Below, piece by piece: positions 1 through 7,629 of a DNA stretch of 64,000 nucleotides. Position 1 is the stretch's first letter; each line of letters begins with the position of its first letter. The notes beneath the pieces were generated by a model, which saw nothing but the letters and a program-made list of their open reading frames with translations, ran no database searches and was not told where the DNA came from. A program made the position numbers and the translations under genes. The stretch comes from an uncultured Verrucomicrobiae bacterium (GTDB lineage Bacteria; Verrucomicrobiota; Verrucomicrobiia; Chthoniobacterales; JAFAMB01): the NCBI GenBank assembly GCA_963762565.1, contig CAVXLD010000001.1, positions 1,280,001-1,344,000 on the forward strand, given 5' to 3'.

Positions 1-1277
1 CATCAGTTGGTTCGGGTTCTTTTTGGAATAACGCAATCAAGGGCGAAAACGACGGCACCAGACAACTTCGTTCCCCGGGATCATCCTTAAAACCGTTTGT
101 ATACGCGATGGCCCTGGACCGCGGATTGATCGGTCCGTCTACCTTGCTTTACGATGTGCCCGGACGATTTGGAAATTATTTGCCGGAAAACATTGATGGA
201 AAATTTGACGGCCCGATTCCTGCCCGCTTGGCTCTAGTTAGAAGCCGAAACCTCCCGGCAGTGACGCTGGCGTCCCGCTTAGGTCCAGATTCACTCTACC
301 AGTTCTTGGAGTCAGCCAAGGTCCATGGGTTGAGCCAGGTCAACAACTATGGTCTGTCCGCAGTTCTTGGAACCGTGGAGATATCAATGCAGGATCTAGT
401 CCGCCTCTACGCCGGGTTAGTAAATCATGGCCAGATCAAAGCACTCCGCGTGAAGATGTCGGATCCGGCGGATTCCGGGATACGCCTCCTGTCGCCAGAG
501 GCCGCCTTTATCACACTCGACATGATGTCCACAAGTGAAGCCGGTATCAGACTACCGACAGCACCGACGGTGAACCTTCCTTACAAAACCGGGACCTCGA
601 CCGGTTTTCGGGACGCCTGGTGTACAGGCGTTATTGGACACTACGTCCTGGCGGTTTGGGTTGGCAGCTTTGACGGAAGATCGAACCCGTCCTTAACCGG
701 TCGTTACGCGGCCGTGCCTCTTTTTATGCGGCTCGCGTCGAGATTAGCTGAAGAAAGAGAGGTCACCGTCGTGCCGTTAGCTCCGCCGGCCGGAGCCAAT
801 CTGCGTCAGGTCGACGTCTGCTCAGTTTCGGGTTGTTTACCAGGTCCCTATTGTACGCACACCAAGAAAGAATGGATCATTCCGGGCGTGTCTCCCATCA
901 CGCGATGCCACATCCATACCGCCAGCGGCAACGAGGCGTGGGATAGCGAAGCGGAACATTACTTCGAGACCGTTGGGTTGGGGCGAAAAGCAGCGAATGG
1001 GGCGAATGGCAGTGAAGAGCTGCATATCTTACCGGTTGCCAGGGATGTTAGCTGGCAAGCGAATCAGGCGGCTAGCGAGCGCGTCATTGCGCTGCGTGCC
1101 CGAACCGCAGCGGGAGCAACTCGAGTCTATTGGTTTGCGAATCGCGACTTCATCGGGTCAGCGGGCTCGGGCGAGACCTTCTATTGGTCACCGGCCCCGG
1201 GGACTTACACCATCGCGGCGACCGACGATCGTGGGCAGTCGGACTCCGCCCAGATTACGGTTGAAGGCGAGAGGTAG
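1..1277 (+). CDS. pbpC: Penicillin-binding protein 1C, 5'-truncated by window edge
   Basis: Frame open from base 3: RSPGSSLKPFVYAM (SxxK), SRN (SxN), KTGT motifs; C-terminal CxxSG...C and BiPBP_C Ig-like domain. Confidence 0.9.
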   Translation, partial: SVGSGSFWNNAIKGENDGTRQLRSPGSSLKPFVYAMALDRGLIGPSTLLYDVPGRFGNYLPENIDGKFDGPIPARLALVRSRNLPAVTLASRLGPDSLYQFLESAKVHGLSQVNNYGLSAVLGTVEISMQDLVRLYAGLVNHGQIKALRVKMSDPADSGIRLLSPEAAFITLDMMSTSEAGIRLPTAPTVNLPYKTGTSTGFRDAWCTGVIGHYVLAVWVGSFDGRSNPSLTGRYAAVPLFMRLASRLAEEREVTVVPLAPPAGANLRQVDVCSVSGCLPGPYCTHTKKEWIIPGVSPITRCHIHTASGNEAWDSEAEHYFETVGLGRKAANGANGSEELHILPVARDVSWQANQAASERVIALRARTAAGATRVYWFANRDFIGSAGSGETFYWSPAPGTYTIAATDDRGQSDSAQITVEGER

Positions 1278-1280
1278 CTT

Positions 1281-1512
1281 GGTGGGGCGAGGCTCCGGAA
1301 TGACCGAAATGGAGTCGCAGCGCGAAACAACGTTTCGTCGGTATCTCGGGTGCAGCGTCTAAAAACTGCCGAGCCGGGGGACGCGCAACCCACGGCTCGG
1401 CAGCCTTCAGATGTTGCATCCCATATACCAACGACACGTCATTTCGCCCTGCGACGTACTTTGGTCTTTCCGGAGCCTCGCCCTACCATTGTTCCCGGAG
1501 CCTCGCCCTACC
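1281..1512. repeat. Family-1 REPIN-like long imperfect palindrome (207 bp) plus extra REP half
   Basis: GGTGGGGCGAGGCTCCGGAA ... TTCCGGAGCCTCGCCCTACC termini, inner CTGCCGAGCCG/CGGCTCGGCAG stem; related copies at 35107, 46711, 53656, 60849. Confidence 0.9.
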
Positions 1513-1626
1513 GCGGCTTCGTCCTGCATTTTTTTTTGAAACTTTGAGCGGCGCTTTCCGGTATTACCTCGTGACGATTGATGCGGTGAGCAGGGCGTTC
1601 CGGGGCAAAAAATTGATTAAAAATTT

Positions 1627-1653
1627 TGTCAATTAAGGAGGGCGCCGTTCGTC
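1627..1653 (+). promoter_or_regulatory. ECF42-type promoter
   Basis: TGTCAA-N17-CGTC(GTTT); same layout as TGTCCA-N17-CGTC(GTTT) upstream of the ECF42 operon. Confidence 0.55.
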
Positions 1654-1677
1654 GTTTAGAAAAGATTGAACTGACCT

Positions 1678-1812
1678 ATGAGAACAAAAACCATTTCGGA
1701 TTATCCGCTTCTGATCGGAGAACTGATCCGCCGTTCCGAACTACGGAAAGCACGGCGCCAACGATGGTCGGCGTTCTTTAAGATCAATCGACTCGCACAA
1801 CGAACTAAGTAA
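1678..1812 (+). CDS. Small basic hypothetical protein, 44 aa (MRTKTISDYPLLIGELIRRSELRKARRQRWSAFFKINRLAQRTK)
   Basis: Manually read ORF below track cutoff, directly after the ECF-type promoter. Confidence 0.5.
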   Translation: MRTKTISDYPLLIGELIRRSELRKARRQRWSAFFKINRLAQRTK

Positions 1813-2105
1813 CGGATTTGTCACTGCCATCGCCATGAGATTTACAAGACTCCCACGGGAACAAAATCCCTACTTTCTGACGGGTAGAGGTAAGAAGAGA
1901 GCCTGGTTTTTCTTTCGCTGGAGCTCGGCCAAGAGGCGCTAGCCAAAGGTTTTGCGAACGAGCAAATCGGACCCGCGTTCGCGGGCCGCGATTCCGCAAA
2001 GGCGCACTACTCCACGACTCCAGTACTCCATCACTCCGCTCGGCCGGATTCGAGAACGAGGACGACGACGAGGACGAGAACGAAGTGCGCGGTGTGAAAC
2101 GGCGG

Positions 2106-3050
2106 TTAATGAGGGACAGGCGAAGACGGGATCTCTATTGCGGGTTTCGGAAGAAAACTTTGCCCCTTGGTTTTCATGAATTTCCAAATAGCGCTGCCCG
2201 CTGGGGTCAGCACTCGATCCGAGTGATGAACGATGTACCACTCCCGAAAAATAGGTAGGCCGTTCATTTTAAGAATTACCAACCGGCCAGTCGCGAGTTC
2301 GAACTCAACGGTATGCGCTGAAATCAAGGCGAGGCCAAGCCCAGCCATGACTGCCTGTTTAACAGTCTCGTTTGACGCGATCTCGATTTTGATTTTATCG
2401 AACTGAATCGGCAGCCCGCCGAAGAAGTATTCAAACATGCTCCGGGTCTCGGAGCCGACTTCGCGCAGGATAAAATTTTGATTGGTTAGGTCTGCTTTCG
2501 AGACGAGAGGTTGGCCCGCTAATGGATGATCAGGCGGGGCGACAAGGATGTATGGGTGTGGCCCGATTGCTTCACTGGTTACACCAAAATCTTCGGGTGG
2601 GCGGCCCATCAAACCGATATCCGCTTCAAAGTCGCGCAGGGTTGAAATAACGGTGCTGCGATTGCCCACATGGATTCGGAGATCGATTTGCGGGTGTTCC
2701 TTCATGAACGCCGCGATCAGCCATGGCGCAAAGTACTTCGCGGTCGCGATGAAGGCGATACGCACGCGGCCACCCAAGTATCCGTTTCTGCCGTGTAGCG
2801 CACTGAGAAGGTCGTCCATTACATTATCAATGCGGGTAGCAGCTGCTACCACTTCTTTGCCCGCGTCAGTCAATCGCAAGCGGCCTTCGAATCGTTCGAA
2901 CAACTCGAGTCCTAAATCCTCTTCCAGGGATTTAACCCGAGAAGTAAGCGCTGCCGGAGTCACGCGGAGGGCTAGCGCTGCCTTGACCATGCTGCCACAC
3001 CTGGCTACTTCGCGGATTGTTTCTAGCTGCCTGAACGTAAGATTATGCAT
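2106..3050 (-). CDS. cbbR: CbbR-family LysR transcriptional regulator
   Basis: N-terminal LTFRQL HTH; TAKYFAP, LMGRPP, ILREVGSETR, SNETVKQAVMAGLGLALISAHTV are CbbR-type substrate-binding-domain signatures. Confidence 0.85.
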   Translation of the reverse strand: MHNLTFRQLETIREVARCGSMVKAALALRVTPAALTSRVKSLEEDLGLELFERFEGRLRLTDAGKEVVAAATRIDNVMDDLLSALHGRNGYLGGRVRIAFIATAKYFAPWLIAAFMKEHPQIDLRIHVGNRSTVISTLRDFEADIGLMGRPPEDFGVTSEAIGPHPYILVAPPDHPLAGQPLVSKADLTNQNFILREVGSETRSMFEYFFGGLPIQFDKIKIEIASNETVKQAVMAGLGLALISAHTVEFELATGRLVILKMNGLPIFREWYIVHHSDRVLTPAGSAIWKFMKTKGQSFLPKPAIEIPSSPVPH

Positions 3051-3107
3051 CGTGCATCCGCCAGCTTTCCCCCTTTCTCCAAGATCGCCTTACGACAATA
3101 CGCAGAT

Positions 3108-3120
3108 TAAATTAGTTTCA
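3108..3120. promoter_or_regulatory. Putative CbbR/LysR box in divergent intergenic region
   Basis: TAA-N7-TCA (TNA-N7-TNA), 58 bp upstream of the cbbR start. Confidence 0.5.
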
Positions 3121-3215
3121 CCAGAGCGAGGTTGTCCCAACGCGGTTTGAGGGTTACTCTTTTGATCAAGCCTCCCAGCGGCGACCGGAAAAACTATCCC
3201 CCAGGACCTCTAAAC

Positions 3216-3842
3216 GTGGCTGCGCCTGACTACATTCAGAATCAAGGCCTTATTAAAACGTTGCGCCGTTTTCGCGAGCAACCCCGCTCTCTGCAAGAGA
3301 AATGCGAATTTTGTGGCGTTGGTCTCGAGACAGAACACCGGCATTTATTGGAAGTCTCGAAAAACCGAATTGCCTGCACTTGCTCTCCTTGCGCCCTCCG
3401 ATTCCAGGATGTGGTCGGAGGTCGGTTTAAGCTAATCCCGAGAGATGTCCGGCATTTGTCCGAATTCGATATGTCAGACGGGGAATGGGAAAACCTGGCC
3501 CTCCCGATCAATCTTGCGTTCTTTTTCTACAGCACACCCCAACAAAAGATGAACGCGATGTATCCTAGTCCGGCCGGTGCAACCGAGTCGCTTCTGCCGC
3601 TCACAGCTTGGACTTCCTTGACCGAAAAGAATTCGGCTTTGACGAGGATGGAGGCAGACGTGGAGGCGCTTTTGGTAAATCGGGTTGGCGCGAAGCGTGA
3701 ATATTACATTGTACCAGTCGATGTCTGTTTTGAGCTGATCGGCCTAATTCGCATCCATTGGCGCGGATTCTCGGGTGGAGACAAAGTCTGGGAAGAAGTC
3801 GAGAGATTCTTTGCCAAGCTCGACACAAATTCTTGTTCATGA
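3216..3842 (+). CDS. DUF5947 family group 1h hydrogenase-associated protein (HhaA-like)
   Basis: CEFC...HRH...ACTCSPCAL, YPSPAGATES motifs; GTG start after AGGA chosen over the track start 3132. Confidence 0.85.
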   Translation: MAAPDYIQNQGLIKTLRRFREQPRSLQEKCEFCGVGLETEHRHLLEVSKNRIACTCSPCALRFQDVVGGRFKLIPRDVRHLSEFDMSDGEWENLALPINLAFFFYSTPQQKMNAMYPSPAGATESLLPLTAWTSLTEKNSALTRMEADVEALLVNRVGAKREYYIVPVDVCFELIGLIRIHWRGFSGGDKVWEEVERFFAKLDTNSCS

Positions 3843-3908
3843 GGGCCCTTAGCGTGGTTCGAGCGGGCTTTCATCGCGAAAAAACTCTGTTAGGGCGCTC
3901 AAAAACCG

Positions 3909-4553
3909 ATGCCTGACCTTGATTTCAAAGTGACGGGAGTGGGACCGGCAGCGCGTGGGTTATTGCCGTTGCTTCATTTCAATCTGCAGATTTCGAATCG
4001 GCCGCCTGCTGAATTGATTCAGGCGGTAATGATCCAGGCTCAGATACAGATTCAATCGGCCCAGCGCTCGTATAATGACGGGGAAAGAGAGAAATTAGAG
4101 GATCTCTTCGGCACACCTGATCGTTGGGGTCAGACACTGCGCAATCGGCTGTGGACGCACGCCAGCACGACGGTGTCACCTTTTTCCGGAGAGACCGAGG
4201 TCATTCTGCCGGTCCAATGCACTTACGATTTTAACGTGATCGGCACGAAGTATTTTTATGCCTTGGATGGAGGGGAAGTGCCGTTGCTGTTTCTGTTTAG
4301 CGGGACCGTTTTTTACTCGGGACCGCACGGCGAACTACTAGTGCAACAGATTTCGTGGGACAAGGAGTGCGCCTATCGGATGCCAGCGAAAGTCTGGTCC
4401 GATTTAATGAACCATCACTATCCCAATAGTGCTTGGCTTTCTTTGCAGCGGGACGTCTTCGACAAATTAACTGATTTCAAGCGTAAACGCGGTTTGCTAA
4501 CTTGGGAGCAGGCTCTGGAGCTCCTATTGGAGGGTGCAACCAAAGAGCAATAG
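3909..4553 (+). CDS. DUF6084 family group 1h hydrogenase-associated protein (HhaB-like)
   Basis: LFGTPDRWGQTL, CTYDFNV, PLLFLFSGTVFY, HYPNSAWL motifs; context. Confidence 0.85.
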   Translation: MPDLDFKVTGVGPAARGLLPLLHFNLQISNRPPAELIQAVMIQAQIQIQSAQRSYNDGEREKLEDLFGTPDRWGQTLRNRLWTHASTTVSPFSGETEVILPVQCTYDFNVIGTKYFYALDGGEVPLLFLFSGTVFYSGPHGELLVQQISWDKECAYRMPAKVWSDLMNHHYPNSAWLSLQRDVFDKLTDFKRKRGLLTWEQALELLLEGATKEQ

Positions 4554-4600
4554 AGCGACTGCGTAGAGAACTGTGTAAGGCGAAGGCCCCCCGGTAACCT

Positions 4601-6487
4601 ATGAATCTTCCCTTAGTTAACGAAGTGGTCGAAGCGGTGTTGTATGAAGGATATATCCTTTATCCTTACCGGCCTTCCGCGAAGAAAAACCGGCAACGGT
4701 TCACTTTTGGTCGCGTTTATCCGCGCGCTTACAGCGAGGCGCAAAAAGGAGCGGAACCTTTCGTGATGACCACGCAGTGTTTGGCTCATAGCCAAGGGGA
4801 AGGGACGCGGCTGGAAGTCAGTACCCGTTTCTTGCAGGTGACTTCCAGAGAGATCCTATCGCCCCGGGAACCTTTGCCCGACCTACCGGCAGCTTTGTCT
4901 CCGGGGTTGGCAGAAGTTGTGCCCGAACTTGTAGTCGAGGGTCAGCATTTTTTAACCTGGCAAGAGGCAGTTGAACGAGAGATTAATATCGCTCCGCGAG
5001 ATCCAAAGCAGATCTCTGGCGCGGCCTGCCGTCTGGCCTTCGAAGTTCCCGCCTCCGAGAATTTGGAGCCGATAAAAGATAGCCGCGGATCGATCGTCGG
5101 CATAATCCGGCGGCGTCAGGAAAGGTTAGCGGGAGAGATCCTGCTTCAAGTTGAGGAGCTACGGTCACGTGTATTTAAGATCAAGGTAGATGTCAGCAAT
5201 CAGACTCCCATCTCAGAACCCGACCTCGAGAATCAGGATTCGGTTCTGCTGCGGACCCTGGCCTCAACCCATACCATCCTCCATCTGGAGGATGCAGAAT
5301 TTATCTCCTTGATGGATCCTCCGGATTCGCTGCGCGAATTGGCTTCCTCTTGCAAAAATGAGGGAACCTGGCCGGTATTGGTCGGGGACGAAGAAGCCGG
5401 CGATCGGAGAACCATGCTTTCCTCGCCTATTATTCTCTACGACTACCCAAAAATTGCTGCGGAGAGCCCCGGCGAATTGTTTGACGGTACCGAGATCGAC
5501 GAGATTCTGACCTTGCGCGTCATGACCATGACGGATGCCGAAAAAGACGAAATGCGCCAATCGGACCCCCGGGCACGCCGGATCTTGGAGCGCACAGAGT
5601 CAATGCCGGAAGATCAATTGCTAAAGATGCATGGGGTTGTCCGCGAGCTGCGACCATTTGGCGATGATCCCTTTAGCGATGACTTTTTTAGCAATGACCG
5701 GCGCCTAGAGGTTGCTGAGGTTAACGGTGTACAGCTTCGCGCTGGGGATCGAGTGATAATTAGACCTAAATCCAGAGCGGATATCATGGATATGGCGCTG
5801 GAAGGAAAGATAGCGACGATCGAGGCGATCGAACAGGATGCCGAAAGTCGCATTCATCTGGCTTTGGTACTGGATGACGATCCAGGCAAAGACCTCGGGT
5901 TCATGCGCCAGCCCGGCCATCGATTCTTTTATACGCTCGACGAGGTAGAGCCTGTTTCGGAAAATCAAATGAATGCGAACGGGCGCATTCTGGTTGCCGG
6001 CATCGGGAATATTTTCTTCGGCGATGACGCGTTTGGCGGCGAAGTAATAAAAGAGCTCACGAAATCTCAACTGCCCCAGAAGGTCGACGCGAAGGACTTC
6101 GGCATCCGTGGGTATGATCTGGCCTACGCGATCATGGACGGCTATGCGGCCACGATTCTAGTGGATATTACCGCGAAAGGGGAGCCTCCTGGAACGCTCT
6201 ACCTGATTGAGTTAGACCAAGAAAAGATTGCGAACGTGGAGGCGTCAATTCCGGATGCCCATAGCCTTGGGCCTGTCCAAGTCCTTCGTCTGGTTAAATC
6301 GTTGGGCGGCCAGATTACCGCACTCTACTTGGTCGCCTGCGAGCCGGCAGTTTTAGAGACGGAAGATGGTCACATTGGTCTGAGCGAACCAGTACAAGCC
6401 GCTGTGCCTGAGGCCATTCAGATGATTCAAAGGCTCATCGAGCGACTGCGTCTCCCGGCGAATGGTTCGCCGCCGCCTGAGCAGTGA
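4601..6487 (+). CDS. HhaC-like hydrogenase-associated protein fused in frame to a hydrogenase maturation protease (HupD/HyaD family)
   Basis: N-part AVLYEGYILYPYR, LSSPIILYDYP, FDGTEIDEIL; C-part RILVAGIGNIFFGDDAFG, DFGIRGYDLAY, DAH; junction near 5969. Confidence 0.85.
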   Translation: MNLPLVNEVVEAVLYEGYILYPYRPSAKKNRQRFTFGRVYPRAYSEAQKGAEPFVMTTQCLAHSQGEGTRLEVSTRFLQVTSREILSPREPLPDLPAALSPGLAEVVPELVVEGQHFLTWQEAVEREINIAPRDPKQISGAACRLAFEVPASENLEPIKDSRGSIVGIIRRRQERLAGEILLQVEELRSRVFKIKVDVSNQTPISEPDLENQDSVLLRTLASTHTILHLEDAEFISLMDPPDSLRELASSCKNEGTWPVLVGDEEAGDRRTMLSSPIILYDYPKIAAESPGELFDGTEIDEILTLRVMTMTDAEKDEMRQSDPRARRILERTESMPEDQLLKMHGVVRELRPFGDDPFSDDFFSNDRRLEVAEVNGVQLRAGDRVIIRPKSRADIMDMALEGKIATIEAIEQDAESRIHLALVLDDDPGKDLGFMRQPGHRFFYTLDEVEPVSENQMNANGRILVAGIGNIFFGDDAFGGEVIKELTKSQLPQKVDAKDFGIRGYDLAYAIMDGYAATILVDITAKGEPPGTLYLIELDQEKIANVEASIPDAHSLGPVQVLRLVKSLGGQITALYLVACEPAVLETEDGHIGLSEPVQAAVPEAIQMIQRLIERLRLPANGSPPPEQ

Positions 6488-6515
6488 GTACCGCACGCGA
6501 GGCTCAGTGCCCAGG

Positions 6516-6677
6516 TAGGAGCTAGGAGCTGGAATCTAGGAGCTAGGAGGAGGTCCCAGGCGAACCAACGGGACTCCGGGTTCATATGCGCGCCTGAGTC
6601 CCCTGTTCTTTTCCCTAGGTGTCGAGTTTTGCCTGAAGTGTCTGCTCCTAGATTCTAGATCCCGGCTCCTAGCTCCT
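6516..6677. repeat. Inverted heptamer (TAGGAGC) tandem-repeat arms
   Basis: TAGGAGCTAGGAGC... at 6516-6549 and ...GCTCCTAGCTCCT at 6644-6677. Confidence 0.8.
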
Positions 6678-6764
6678 GAATTGATGGCTCGAAGGGACGC
6701 ACAAATCCCGGAAATTGGCAAAGGAATCACTCCACTCGCTTTGTCCGCCATCCGAAAGCGCCAT

Positions 6765-6829
6765 TAAAAAAAATTTAAGCAGAATCAAGGAATTTCAATT
6801 TGCCTTAATCCGGCCAACAATGATACGGT
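6765..6829 (+). promoter_or_regulatory. Hydrogenase operon promoter with CbbR-type operator array
   Basis: TAA/TTA/TCA/TCA/TTA at 6765, 6775, 6785, 6795, 6805 (exact 10-bp period); -35 TTGCCT 6800-6805; extended -10 TGnTACGGT 6821-6829. Confidence 0.65.
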
Positions 6830-6993
6830 CCGAATATTCACCCCCCGTCGGCTACTCTCGGTCCGAGTGGTCAAATGCATATGGCAGCAATTTCTTGTTC
6901 CACCGAGGAGGGCCTCCGACTGCAGTCGAGTTGTAGGCCGCCCGCGCGGGATGTGTTCAGCGACGGGCGGATTTCAGAAAAGGTAATCGGATA

Positions 6994-7557
6994 ATGAGCG
7001 CCAAAATCTCTTCCTTCCCCGGGACATCCGGACGTAGTGCCGATCTTCTACTGGAAAAGCTCCAGGATCCCAAGGTCGCCGAATCATTGGTTTCGCTTTT
7101 GGAAAAGTCACAAGTGCTTAACGACTTTCTCGAACGAAGCGAGGGCATGTTAAACTCGATCACAAAAGGGGTCGGAGATCTCGGCCGGGTCGGGGTAGCC
7201 ACCCTTTCGGAAACCTTTAAATCGGTCGAATTGGACGACCTGAAAGCGGCGGGCGGACATTTACAGGCCATGATTCCGGCAGTGCGAGATTTAATGCGCG
7301 AGCTCGGCTCGCTCAAAGAGTCCGGTTTCTTTGATCCCGAAGTGATCAAACTCTTCGGGAGAACGACTCGGGCCATGGCCGCAGCTGCCCGAGACCCTGA
7401 TGCGCATTCCGATGACACCTATGGGATTTTCAGCGTAGGCGGCTTGCTGAAGGATCCTGAGATTGCTCGTACCTTAAACTTTTTTATTTCATTCGCTCGC
7501 CATTTCGGGGGCGATCTCAAACAAGACGGAGCAGGTTCCGCCAACGAAAAAAAATGA
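6994..7557 (+). CDS. DUF1641-domain protein, first gene of the hhySL operon
   Basis: C-terminal GIFSVGGLLKDPEIARTLNFFISFARHFG typical of DUF1641. Confidence 0.7.
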   Translation: MSAKISSFPGTSGRSADLLLEKLQDPKVAESLVSLLEKSQVLNDFLERSEGMLNSITKGVGDLGRVGVATLSETFKSVELDDLKAAGGHLQAMIPAVRDLMRELGSLKESGFFDPEVIKLFGRTTRAMAAAARDPDAHSDDTYGIFSVGGLLKDPEIARTLNFFISFARHFGGDLKQDGAGSANEKK

Positions 7558-7629
7558 ATCGGGAGCGAAGCCGAGATTGGATCGGCTCGCAACAAAATAT
7601 CCTAAAAGCCAAAACGGAAGCGTAAAACC

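Noticed and set aside
1281..1487. Viroid-like or ribozyme-containing RNA
   Set aside because: Rod-like fold, but no hammerhead or HDV core found; GTAG/GTGG ends favour a REP origin
1611..1636. FNR/CRP box in AATTGATTAAAAATTTTGTCAATT
   Set aside because: Half-site spacing does not fit TTGAT-N4-ATCAA; the right half is better explained as an ECF -35
6836..6970. NiCo riboswitch assignment
   Set aside because: Conserved NiCo junction nucleotides not recognisable; kept only as an unassigned structured leader
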